From Auanema rhodensis (lineage: Eukaryota > Animalia > Nematoda): 64,000 bases of DNA. Under the pieces are notes generated by a model. It saw nothing but the letters and a program-made list of their open reading frames with translations, did no database searches and was not told the DNA's origin. Below are positions 10,901-25,300 of the stretch, in pieces. Position 1 is the stretch's first letter; each line of letters opens with the position of its first letter. Location: positions 434,001 to 498,000 of the forward strand of contig CAXKVF010000076.1 in assembly GCA_964057225.1 (NCBI GenBank), read 5' to 3'. The position numbers and the translations under genes are program-made.

Positions 10901-13900
10901 TCTCTTTATCTTTCACGTGAAGCGAGTTACATACCAAGTGCACATCACGTGTACATTTAATTAGCATAAATTAAAGTTCACGTAAATTTCAAAGTCATGG
11001 TTACCATGCACCAATATCAATAAAAATTTGTTTTTAGACTAATATGGACATGAGGAATCTAATTTTGGAAACCGCATCTCTTTATCTTTCACGTGAAGCG
11101 AGTTACATACCAAGTGCACATCACGTGTACATTTAATTAGCATAAATTAAAGTTCACGTAAATTTCAAAGTCGTGGTTACCATGCACCAATATCAATAAA
11201 AATTCGTTTTTAGACTAATATGGACATGGGGAATCTAATTTTGAAAACCGCATCTCTTTATCTTTCACGTGAAGCGAGTTACATACCAAGTGCACATCAC
11301 GTGTACATTTAATTAGCATAAATTAAAGTTCACGTAAATTTCAAAGTCATGGTTACCATGCACCAATATCAATAAAAATTTGTTTTTAGACTAATATGGA
11401 CATGGGGAATCTAATTTTGAAAACCGCATCTCTTTATCTTTCACGTGAAGCGAGTTACATACCAAGTGCACATCACGTGTACATTTAATTAGCATAAATT
11501 AAAGTTCACGTAAATTTCAAAGTCATGGTTACCATGCACCAATATCAATAAAAATTTGTTTTTAGACTAATATGGACATGGGGAATCTAATTTTGAAAAC
11601 CGCATCTCTTTATCTTTCACGTGAAGCGAGTTACATACCAAGTGCACATCACGTGTACATTTAATTAGCATAAATTAAAGTTCACGTAAATTTCAAAGTC
11701 ATGGTTACCATGAAGCAATATCAATAAAAATTTGTTTTTAGACTAATATGGACATGGGGAATCTAATTTTGAAAACCGCATCTCTTTATCTTTTACGTGA
11801 ACCGAGTTACATACCAAGTGCACATCACGTGTACATTTAATTAGCATAAATTAAAGTTCACGTAAAATTCAAAGTCATGGTTACCATGCACCAATATCAA
11901 TAAAAATTTGTTTTTAGACTAATATGGACATGGGGAATCTAATTTTGAAAACCGCATCTCTTTATCTTTTACGTGAAGCGAGTTACATACCAAGTGCACA
12001 TCACGTGTACATTTAATTAGCATAAATTAAAGTTCACGTAAATTTCAAAGTCATGGTTACCATGAAGCAATATCAATAACAATTCGTTTTTAGACTAATA
12101 TGGACATGGGGAATCTAATTTTGAAAACCGCATCTCTTTATCTTTCACGTGAAGCGAGTTACATACCAAGTGCACATCACGTGTACATTTAATTAGCATA
12201 AATTAAAGTTCACGTAAATTTCAAAGTCATGGTTACCATGCACCAATATCAATAAAAATTTGTTTTTAGACTAATATGGACATGGGGAATCTAATTTTGA
12301 AAACCGCATCTCTTTATCTTTTACGTGAAGCGAGTTACATACCAAGTGCACATCACGTGTACATTTAATTAGCATAAATTAAAGTTCACGTAAATTTCAA
12401 AGTCATGGTTACCATGAAGCAATATCAATAACAATTCGTTTTTAGACTAATATGGACATGGGGAATCTAATTTTGAAAACCGCATCTCTTTATCTTTCAC
12501 GTGAAGCGAGTTACATACCAAGTGCACATCACGTGTACATTTAATTAGCATAAATTAAAGTTCACGTAAATTTCAAAGTCATGGTTACCATGCACCAATA
12601 TCAATAAAAATTTGTTTTTAGACTAATATGGACATGGGGAATCTAATTTTGAAAACCGCATCTCTTTATCTTTTACGTGAAGCGAGTTACATACCAAGTG
12701 CACATCACGTGTACATTTAATTAGCATAAATTAAAGTTCACGTAAAATTCAAAGTCATGGTTACCATGCACCAATATCAATAAAAATTTGTTTTTAGACT
12801 AATATGGACATGGGGAATCTAATTTTGAAAACCGCATCTCTTTATCTTTTACGTGAAGCGAGTTACATACCAAGTGCACATCACGTGTACATTTAATTAG
12901 CATAAATTAAAGTTCACGTAAATTTCAAAGTCATGGTTACCATGAAGCAATATCAATAACAATTCGTTTTTAGACTAATATGGACATGGGGAATCTAATT
13001 TTGAAAACCGCATCTCTTTATCTTTCACGTGAAGCGAGTTACATACCAAGTGCACATCACGTGTACATTTAATTAGCATAAATTAAAGTTCACGTAAATT
13101 TCAAAGTCATGGTTACCATGCACCAATATCAATAAAAATTTGTTTTTAGACTAATATGGACATGGGGAATCTAATTTTGAAAACCGCATCTCTTTATCTT
13201 TCACGTGAAGCGAGTTACATACCAAGTGCACATCACGTGTACATTTAATTAGCATAAATTAAAGTTCACGTAAATTTCAAAGTCATGGTTACCATAAACC
13301 AATATCAATAAAAATTTGTTTTTAGACTAATATGGACATGGGGAATCTAATTTTGAAAACCGCATCTCTTTATCTTTCACGTGAAGCGAGTTACATACCA
13401 AGTGCACATCACGTGTACATTTAATTAGCATAAATTAAAGTTCACGTAAATTTCAAAGTCATGGTTACCATGAAGCAATATCAATAAAAATTTGTTTTTA
13501 GACTAATATGGACATGGGGAATCTAATTTTGAAAACCGCATCTCTTTATCTTTCACGTGAAGCGAGTTACATACCAAGTGCACATCACGTGTACATTTAA
13601 TTAGCATAAATTAAAGTTCACGTAAATTTCAAAGTCATGGTTACCATGAACCAATATCAATAAAAATTTGTTTTTAGACTAATATGGACATGGGGAATCT
13701 AATTTTGAAAACCGCATCTCTTTATCTTTCACGTGAAGCGAGTTACATACCAAGTGCACATCACGTGTACATTTAATTAGCATAAATTAAAGTTCACGTA
13801 AATTTCAAAGTCATGGTTACCATGAAGCAATATCAATAAAAATTCGTTTTTAGACTAATATGGACATGGGGAATCTAATTTTGAAAACCGCATCTCTTTA

Positions 13901-16900
13901 TCTTTCACGTGAAGCGAGTTACATACCAAGTGCACATCACGTGTACATTTAATTAGCATAAATTAAAGTTCACGTAAATTTCAAAGTCATGGTTACCATG
14001 AAGCAATATCAATAAAAATTTGTTTTTAGACTAATATGGACATGGGGAATCTAATTTTGAAAACCGCGTCTCTTTATCTTTCACGTGAAGCGAGTTACAT
14101 ACCAAGTGCACATCACGTGTACATTTAATTAGCATAAATTAAAGTTCACGTAAATTTCAAAGTCATGGTTACCATGAACCAATATCAATCAAAATTTGTT
14201 TTTAGACTAATATGGACATGGGGAATCTAATTTTGAAAACCGCATCTCTTTATCTTTCACGTGAAGCGAGTTACATACCAAGTGCACATCACGTGTACAT
14301 TTAATTAGCATAAATTAAAGTTCACGTAAATTTCAAAGTCATGGTTACCATGAAGCAATATCAATAAAAATTTGTTTTTAGACTAATATGGACATGGGGA
14401 ATCTAATTTTGAAAACCGCATCTCTTTATCTTTCACGTGAAGCGAGTTACATACCAAGTGCACATCACGTGTACATTTAATTAGCATGAATTAAAGTTCA
14501 CGTAAATTTCAAAGTCATGGTTACCATGCACCAATATCAATAAAAATTTGTTTTTAGACTAATATGGACATGGGGAATCTAATTTTGAAAACCGCATCTC
14601 TTTATCTTTCACGTGAAGCGAGTTACATACCAAGTGCACATCACGTGTACATTTAATTAGCATAAATTAAAGTTCACGTAAATTTCAAAGTCATGGTTAC
14701 CATGCACCAATATCAATAAAAATTTGTTTGTAGACTAATATGGACATGGGGAATCTAATTTTGAAAACCGCATCTCTTTATCTTACACGTGAAGCGAGTT
14801 ACATACCAAGTGCACATCACGTGTACATTTAATTAGCATAAATTAAAGTTCACGTAAATTTCAAAGTCATGGTTACCATGCACCAATATCAATAAAAAGT
14901 TGTTTTTAGACTAATATGGACATGGGGAATCTAATTTTGAAAACCGCATCTCTTTATCTTTCACGTGAAGCGAGTTACATACCAAGTGCACATCACGTGT
15001 ACATTTAATTAGCATAAATTAAAGTTCACGTAAATTTCAAAGTCATGGTTACCATGCACCAATATCAATAAAAATTTGTTTTTAGACTAATATGGACATG
15101 GGGAATCTAATTTTGAAAACCGCATCTCTTTATCTTTCACGTGAAGCGAGTTACATACCAAGTGCACATCACGTGTACATTTAATTAGCATAAATTAAAG
15201 TTCACGTAAATTTCAAAGTCATGGTTACCATGCACCAATATCAATAAAAATTTGTTTTTAGACTAATATGGACATGGGGAATCTAATTTTGAAAACCGCA
15301 TCTCTTTATCTTTCACGTGAAGCGAGTTACATACCAAGTGCACATCACGTGTACATTTAATTAGCATAAATTAAAGTTCACGTAAATTTCAAAGTCATGG
15401 TTACCATGCACCAATATCAATAAAAATTTGTTTTTAGACTAATATGGACATGGGGAATCTAATTTTGAAAACCGCATCTCTTTATCTTTCACGTGAAGCG
15501 AGTTACATACCAAGTGCACATCACGTGTACATTTAATTAGCATAAATTAAAGTTCACGTAAATTTCAAAGTCATGGTTACCATGCACCAATATCAATAAA
15601 AATTTGTTTTTAGACTAATATGGACATGAGGAATCTAATTTTGAAAACCGCATCTCTTTATCTTTCACGTGAAGCGAGTTACATACCAAGTGCACATCAC
15701 GTGTACATTTAATTAGCATAAATTAAAGTTCACGTAAATTTCAAAGTCATGGTTACCATGCACCAATATCAATAAAAATTTGTTTTTAGACTAATATGGA
15801 CATGAGGAATCTAATTTTGAAAACCGCATCTCTTTATCTTTCACGTGAAGCGAGTTACATACCAAGTGCACATCACGTGTACATTTAATTAGCATAAATT
15901 AAAGTTCACGTAAATTTCAAAGTCGTGGTTACCATGCACCAATATCAATAAAAATTCGTTTTTAGACTAATATGGACATGGGGAATCTAATTTTGAAAAC
16001 CGCATCTCTTTATCTTTCACGTGAAGCGAGTTACATACCAAGTGCACATCACGTGTACATTTAATTAGCATAAATTAAAGTTCACGTAAATTTCAAAGTC
16101 ATGGTTACCATGCACCAATATCAATAAAAATTTGTTTTTAGACTAATATGGACATGGGGAATCTAATTTTGAAAACCGCATCTCTTTATCTTTCACGTGA
16201 AGCGAGTTACATACCAAGTGCACATCACGTGTACATTTAATTAGCATAAATTAAAGTTCACGTAAATTTCAAAGTCGTGGTTACCATGCACCAATATCAA
16301 TAAAAATTCGTTTTTAGACTAATATGGACATGGGGAACCTAATTTTGAAAACCGCATCTCTTTATCTTTCACGTGAAGCGAGTTACATACCAAGTGCACA
16401 TCACGTGTACATTTAATTAGCATAAATTAAAGTTCACGTAAATTTCAAAGTCATGGTTACCATGAACCAATATCAATAAAAATTTGTTTTTAGACTAATA
16501 TGGACATGGGGAATCTAATTTTGAAAACCGCATCTCTTTATCTTTCACGTGAAGCGAGTTACATACCAAGTGCACATCACGTGTACATTTAATTAGCATA
16601 AATTAAAGTTCACGTAAATTTCAAAGTCATGGTTACCATGCACCAATATCAATAAAAATTTGTTTTTAGACTAATATGGACATGAGGAATCTAATTTTGA
16701 AAACCGCATCTCTTTATCTTTCACGTGAAGCGAGTTACATACCAAGTGCACATCACGTGTACATTTAATTAGCATAAATTAAAGTTCACGTAAATTTCAA
16801 AGTCATGGTTACCATGCACCAATATCAATAAAAATTTGTTTTTAGACTAATATGGACATGAGGAATCTAATTTTGGAAACCGCATCTCTTTATCTTTCAC

Positions 16901-17247
16901 GTGAAGCGAGTTACATACCAAGTGCACATCACGTGTACATTTAATTAGCATAAATTAAAGTTCACGTAAATTTCAAAGTCGTGGTTACCATGCACCAATA
17001 TCAATAAAAATTCGTTTTTAGACTAATATGGACATGGGGAATCTAATTTTGAAAACCGCATCTCTTTATCTTTCACGTGAAGCGAGTTACATACCAAGTG
17101 CACATCACGTGTACATTTAATTAGCATAAATTAAAGTTCACGTAAATTTCAAAGTCATGGTTACCATGCACCAATATCAATAAAAATTTGTTTTTAGACT
17201 AATATGGACATGGGGAATCTAATTTTGAAAACCGCATCTCTTTCTCT
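7744..17247 (+). repeat. Block duplication of ~21 monomers: 7744-11439 copied at 13552-17247 (offset 5808 bp = 33 monomers)
   Basis: Rare variants are colinear at a constant offset: CCGCGTC 8260/14068, CTTACAC 8977/14785, GTTG 9091/14899, GGAACC 10530/16338, TTTTGG 11068/16876. Confidence 0.9.
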
Positions 17248-19359
17248 TTCACGTGAAGCGAGTTACATACCAAGTGCACATCACGTGTACATTTAATTAG
17301 CATAAATTAAAGTTCACGTAAATTTCAAAGTCGTGGTTACCATGCACCAATATCAATAAAAATTCGTTTTTAGACTAATATGGACATGGGGAATCTAACT
17401 TTGAAAACCGCATCTCTTTATCTTTCACGTGAAGCGAGTTACATACCAAGTGCACATCACGTGTACATTTAATTAGCATAAATTAAAGTTCACGTAAATT
17501 TCAAAGTCATGGTTACCATGAACCAATATCAATAAAAATTTGTGTTTAGACTAATATGGACATGGGGAATCTAATTTTGAAAACCGCATCTCTTTATCTT
17601 TCACGTGAAGCGAGTTACATACCAAGTGCACATCACGTGTACATTTAATTAGCATAAATTAAAGTTCACGTAAATTTCAAAGTCATGGTTACCATGCACC
17701 AATATCGATAAAAATTTGTTTTTAGACTAATATGGACATGGGGAATCTAATTTTCAAAACCGCATCTCTTTATCTTTCACGTGAAGCGAGTTACATACCA
17801 AGTGCCCATCACGTGTACATTTAATTAGCATAAATTAAAGTTCACGTAAATTTCAAAGTCATGGTTACCATGCACCAATATCAATAAAAATTTGTTTTTA
17901 GACTAATATGGACATGGGGAATCTAATTTTGAAAACCGCATCTCTTCATCTTTCACGTGAAGCGAGTTACATACCAAGTGCACATCAAGTGTACATTTAA
18001 TTAGCATAAATTAAAGTTCACGTAAATTTCAAAGTCATGGTTACCATGCACCAATATCAATAAAAATTTGTTTTTAGACTAATATGGACATGGGGAATCT
18101 AATTTTGAAAACCGCATCTCTTCATCTTTCACGTGAAGCGAGTTACATACCAAGTGCACATCACGTGTACATTTAATTAGCATAAATTAAAGTTCACGTA
18201 AATTTCAAAGTCATGGTTACCATGCACCAATATCAATAAAAATTTGTTTTTAGACTAATATGGACATGGGGAATCTAATTTTGAAAACCGCATCTCTTTA
18301 TCTTTCACGTGAAGCGAGTTACATACCAAGTGCACATCACGTGTACATTTAATTAGCATAAATTAAAGTTCACGTAAATTTCAAAGTCATGGTTACCATG
18401 CACCAATATCGATAAAAATTTGTTTTTAGACTAATATGGACATGGGGAATCTAATTTTGAAAACCGCATCTCTTTATCTTTCACGTGAAGCGAGTTACAT
18501 ACCAAGTGCACATCACGTGTACATTTAATTAGCATAAATTAAAGTTCACGTAAATTTCAAAGTCATGGTTACCATGCACCAATATCAATAAAAATTTGTT
18601 TTTAGACTAATATGGACATGGGGAATCTAATTTTGAAAACCGCATCTCTTCATCTTTCACGTGAAGCGAGTTACATACCAAGTGCACATCACGTGTACAT
18701 TTAATTAGCATAAATTAAAGTTCACGTAAATTTCAAAGTCATGGTTACCATGCACCAATATCAATAAAAATTTGTTTTTAGACTAATATGGACATGGGGA
18801 ATCTAATTTTGAAAACCGCATCTCTTTATCTTTCACGTGAAGCGAGTTACATACCAAGTGCACATCACGTGTACATTTAATTAGCATAAATTAAAGTTCA
18901 CGTAAATTTCAAAGTCATGGTTACCATGCACCAATATCAATAAAAATTTGTTTTTAGACTAATATGGACATGGGGAATCTAATTTTGAAAACCGCATCTC
19001 TTTATCTTTCACGTGAAGCGAGTTACATACCAAGTGCACATCACGTGTACATTTAATTAGCATAAATTAAAGTTCACGTAAATTTCAAAGTCATGGTTAC
19101 CATGCACCAATATCAATAAAAATTTGTTTTTAGACTAATATGGACATAGGGAATCTAATTTTGAAAACCGCATCTCTTTATCTTTCACGTGAAGCGAGTT
19201 ACATACCAAGTGCACATCACGTGTACATTTAATTAGCATAAATTAAAGTTCACGTAAATTTCAAAGTCATGGTTACCATGCACCAATATCAATAAAAATT
19301 TGTTTTTAGACTAATATGGACATGAGCAATCTAATTTTGAGAACCGCATCTCTTTATCT

Positions 19360-22300
19360 TTCACGTGAAGCGAGTTACATACCAAGTGCACATCACGTGT
19401 ACATTTAATTAGCATAAATTAAAGTTCACGTAAATTTCAAAGTCATGGTTACCATGAAGCAATATCAATAAAAATTTGTTTTTAGACTAATATGGACATG
19501 AGGAATCTAATTTTGAAAACCGCATCTCTTCATCTTTCACGTGAAGCGAGTTACATACCAAGTGCACATCAAGTGTACATTTAATTAGCATAAATTAAAG
19601 TTCACGTAAATTTCAAAGTCATGGTTACCATGCACCAATATCAATAAAAATTTGTTTTTAGACTAATATGGACATGGAGAATCTAATTTTGAAAACCGCA
19701 TCTCTTTATCTTTCACGTGAAGCGAGTTACATACCAAGTGCACATCACGTGTACATTTAATTAGCATAAATTAAAGTTCACGTAAATTTCAAAGTCATGG
19801 TTACCATGAAGCAATATCAATAAAAATTTGTTTTTAGACTAATATGGACATGAGGAATCTAATTTTGAAAACCGCATCTCTTTATCTTTCACGTGAAGCG
19901 AGTTACATACCAAGTGCACATCACGTGTACATTTAATTAGCATAAATTAAAGTTCACGTAAATTTCAAAGTCATGGTTACCATGCACCAATATCAATAAA
20001 AATTTGTTTTTAGACTAATATTGACATAGGGAATCTAATTTTGAAAACCGCATCTCTTTATCTTTCACGTGAAGCGAGTTACATACCAAGTGCACATCAC
20101 GTGTACATTTAATTAGCATAAATTAAAGTTCACGTAAATTTCAAAGTCATGGTTACCATGCACCAATATCAATAAAAATTTGTTTTTAGACTAATATGGA
20201 CATGAGCAATCTAATTTTGAGAACCGCATCTCTTTATCTTTCACGTGAAGCGAGTTACATACCAAGTGCACATCACGTGTACATTTAATTAGCATAAATT
20301 AAAGTTCACGTAAATTTCAAAGTCATCGTTACCATGCACCAATATCAATAAAAATTTGTTTTTAGACTAATATGGACATGGGGAATCTAATTTTGAAAAC
20401 CGCATCTCTTTATCTTTCACGTGAAGCGAGTTACATACCAAGTGCACATCACGTTTACATTTAATTAGCATAAATTAAAGTTCACGTAAATTTCAAAGTC
20501 ATGGTTACCATGAACCAATATCAATAAAAATTTATTTTTAGACTAATATGGACATGGGGAATCTAATTTTGAAAACCGCATCTCTTTATCTTTCACGTGA
20601 AGCGAGTTACATACCAAGTGCACATCACGTGTACATTTAATTAGCATAAATTAAAGTTCACGTAAATTTCAAAGTCATGGTTACCATGCACCAATATCGA
20701 TAAAAATTTGTTTTTAGACTAATATGGACATGGGGAATCTAATTTTGAAAACCGCATCTCTTTATCTTTCACGTGAAGCGAGTTACATACCAAGTGCACA
20801 TCACGTGTACATTTAATTAGCATAAATTAAAGTTCACGTAAATTTCAAAGTCATGGTTACCATGCACCAATATCAATAAAAATTTGTTTTTAGACTAATA
20901 TGGACATGGGGAATCTAATTTTGAAAACCGCATCTCTTCATCTTTCACGTGAAGCGAGTTACATACCAAGTGCACATCAAGTGTACATTTAATTAGCATA
21001 AATTAAAGTTCACGTAAATTTCAAAGTCATGGTTACCATGCACCAATATCAATAAAAATTTGTTTTTAGACTAATATGGACATGGGGAATCTAATTTTGA
21101 AAACCGCATCTCTTTATCTTTCACGTGAAGCGAGTTACATACCAAGTGCACATCACGTGTACATTTAATTAGCATAAATTAAAGTTCACGTAAATTTCAA
21201 AGTCATGGTTACCATGCACCAATATCAATAAAAATTTGTTTTTAGACTAATATGGACATGGGGAATCTAATTTTGAGAACCGCATCTCTTCATCTTTCAC
21301 GTGAAGCGAGTTACATACCAAGTGCACATCAAGTGTACATTTAATTAGCATAAATTAAAGTTCACGTAAATTTCAAAGTCATGGTTACCATGCACCAATA
21401 TCAATAAAAATTTGTTTTTAGACTAATATGGACATGGGGAATCTAATTTTGAAAACCGCATCTCTTTATCTTTCACGTGAAGCGAGTTACATACCAAGTG
21501 CACATCACGTGTACATTTAATTAGCATAAATTAAAGTTCACGTAAATTTCAAAGTCATGGTTACCATGCACCAATATCAATAAAAATTTGTTTTTAGACT
21601 AATATGGACATGGGGAATCTAATTTTGAAAACCGCATCTCTTTATCTTTCACGTGAAGCGAGTTACATACCAAGTGCACATCACGTGTACATTTAATTAG
21701 CATAAATTAAAGTTCACGTAAATTTCAAAGTCATGGTTACCATGAAGCAATATCAATAAAAATTTGTTTTTAGACTAATATGGACATGGGGAATCTAATT
21801 TTGAGAACCGCATCTCTTCATCTTTCACGTGAAGCGAGTTACATACCAAGTGCACATCAAGTGTACATTTAATTAGCATAAATTAAAGTTCACGTAAATT
21901 TCAAAGTCATGGTTACCATGCACCAATATCAATAAAAATTTGTTTTTAGACTAATATGGACATGGGGAATCTAATTTTGAAAACCGCATCTCTTTATCTT
22001 TCACGTGAAGCGAGTTACATACCAAGTGCACATCACGTGTACATTTAATTAGCATAAATTAAAGTTCACGTAAATTTCAAAGTCATGGTTACCATGCACC
22101 AATATCAATAAAAATTTGTTTTTAGACTAATATGGACATGGGGAATCTAATTTTGAAAACCGCATCTCTTTATCTTTCACGTGAAGCGAGTTACATACCA
22201 AGTGCACATCACGTGTACATTTAATTAGCATAAATTAAAGTTCACGTAAATTTCAAAGTCATGGTTACCATGAAGCAATATCAATAAAAATTTTTTTTTA

Positions 22301-25300
22301 GACTAATATGGACATGGGGAATCTAATTTTGAAAACCGCATCTCTTTATCTTTCACGTGAAGCGAGTTACATACCAAGTGCACATCACGTGTACATTTAA
22401 TTAGCATAAATTAAAGTTCACGTAAATTTCAAAGTCATGGTTACCATGAAGCAATATCAATAAAAATTTGTTTTTAGACTAATATGGACATGGGAAATCT
22501 AATTTTGAAAACCGCATCTCTTTATCTTTCACGTGAAGCGAGTTACATACCAAGTGCACATCACGTGTACATTTAATTAGCATAAATTAAAGTTCACGTA
22601 AATTTCAAAGTCATGGTTACCATGAAGCAATATCAATAAAAATTTGTTTTTAGACTAATATGGACATGAGGAATCTAATTTTGAAAACCGCATCTCTTCA
22701 TCTTTCACGTGAAGCGAGTTACATACCAAGTGCACATCAAGTGTACATTTAATTAGCATAAATTAAAGTTCACGTAAATTTCAAAGTCATGGTTACCATG
22801 CACCAATATCAATAAAAATTTGTTTTTAGACTAATATGGACATGGAGAATCTAATTTTGAAAACCGCATCTCTTTATCTTTCACGTGAAGCGAGTTACAT
22901 ACCAAGTGCACATCACGTGTACATTTAATTAGCATAAATTAAAGTTCACGTAAATTTCAAAGTCATGGTTACCATGAAGCAATATCAATAAAAATTTGTT
23001 TTTAGACTAATATGGACATGAGGAATCTAATTTTGAAAACCGCATCTCTTTATCTTTCACGTGAAGCGAGTTACATACCAAGTGCACATCACGTGTACAT
23101 TTAATTAGCATAAATTAAAGTTCACGTAAATTTCAAAGTCATGGTTACCATGCACCAATATCAATAAAAATTTGTTTTTAGACTAATATTGACATAGGGA
23201 ATCTAATTTTGAAAACCGCATCTCTTTATCTTTCACGTGAAGCGAGTTACATACCAAGTGCACATCACGTGTACATTTAATTAGCATAAATTAAAGTTCA
23301 CGTAAATTTCAAAGTCATGGTTACCATGCACCAATATCAATAAAAATTTGTTTTTAGACTAATATGGACATGGGGAATCTAATTTTGAAAACCGCATCTC
23401 TTTATCTTTCACGTGAAGCGAGTTACATACCAAGTGCACATCACGTGTACATTTAATTAGCATAAATTAAAGTTCACGTAAATTTCAAAGTCATGGTTAC
23501 CATGAAGCAATATCAATAAAAATTTTTTTTTAGACTAATATGGACATGGGGAATCTAATTTTGAAAACCGCATCTCTTTATCTTTCACGTGAAGCGAGTT
23601 ACATACCAAGTGCACATCACGTGTACATTTAATTAGCATAAATTAAAGTTCACGTAAATTTCAAAGTCATGGTTACCATGAAGCAATATCAATAAAAATT
23701 TGTTTTTAGACTAATATGGACATGGGAAATCTAATTTTGAAAACCGCATCTCTTTATCTTTCACGTGAAGCGAGTTACATACCAAGTGCACATCACGTGT
23801 ACATTTAATTAGCATAAATTAAAGTTCACGTAAATTTCAAAGTCATGGTTACCATGAAGCAATATCAATAAAAATTTGTTTTTAGACTAATATGGACATG
23901 AGGAATCTAATTTTGAAAACCGCATCTCTTCATCTTTCACGTGAAGCGAGTTACATACCAAGTGCACATCAAGTGTACATTTAATTAGCATAAATTAAAG
24001 TTCACGTAAATTTCAAAGTCATGGTTACCATGCACCAATATCAATAAAAATTTGTTTTTAGACTAATATGGACATGGAGAATCTAATTTTGAAAACCGCA
24101 TCTCTTTATCTTTCACGTGAAGCGAGTTACATACCAAGTGCACATCACGTGTACATTTAATTAGCATAAATTAAAGTTCACGTAAATTTCAAAGTCATGG
24201 TTACCATGAAGCAATATCAATAAAAATTTGTTTTTAGACTAATATGGACATGAGGAATCTAATTTTGAAAACCGCATCTCTTTATCTTTCACGTGAAGCG
24301 AGTTACATACCAAGTGCACATCACGTGTACATTTAATTAGCATAAATTAAAGTTCACGTAAATTTCAAAGTCATGGTTACCATGCACCAATATCAATAAA
24401 AATTTGTTTTTAGACTAATATTGACATAGGGAATCTAATTTTGAAAACCGCATCTCTTTATCTTTCACGTGAAGCGAGTTACATACCAAGTGCACATCAC
24501 GTGTACATTTAATTAGCATAAATTAAAGTTCACGTAAATTTCAAAGTCATGGTTACCATGCACCAATATCAATAAAAATTTGTTTTTAGACTAATATGGA
24601 CATGAGCAATCTAATTTTGAGAACCGCATCTCTTTATCTTTCACGTGAAGCGAGTTACATACCAAGTGCACATCACGTGTACATTTAATTAGCATAAATT
24701 AAAGTTCACGTAAATTTCAAAGTCATCGTTACCATGCACCAATATCAATAAAAATTTGTTTTTAGACTAATATGGACATGGGGAATCTAATTTTGAAAAC
24801 CGCATCTCTTTATCTTTCACGTGAAGCGAGTTACATACCAAGTGCACATCACGTGTACATTTAATTAGCATAAATTAAAGTTCACGTAAATTTCAAAGTC
24901 ATGGTTACCATGCACCAATATCAATAAAAATTTGTTTTTAGACTAATATGGACATGGGGAATCTAATTTTGAAAACCGCATCTCTTTATCTTTCACGTGA
25001 AGCGAGTTACATACCAAGTGCACATCACGTGTACATTTAATTAGCATAAATTAAAGTTCACGTAAATTTCAAAGTCATGGTTACCATGAAGCAATATCAA
25101 TAAAAATTTTTTTTTAGACTAATATGGACATGGGGAATCTAATTTTGAAAACCGCATCTCTTTATCTTTCACGTGAAGCGAGTTACATACCAAGTGCACA
25201 TCACGTGTACATTTAATTAGCATAAATTAAAGTTCACGTAAATTTCAAAGTCATGGTTACCATGAAGCAATATCAATAAAAATTTGTTTTTAGACTAATA

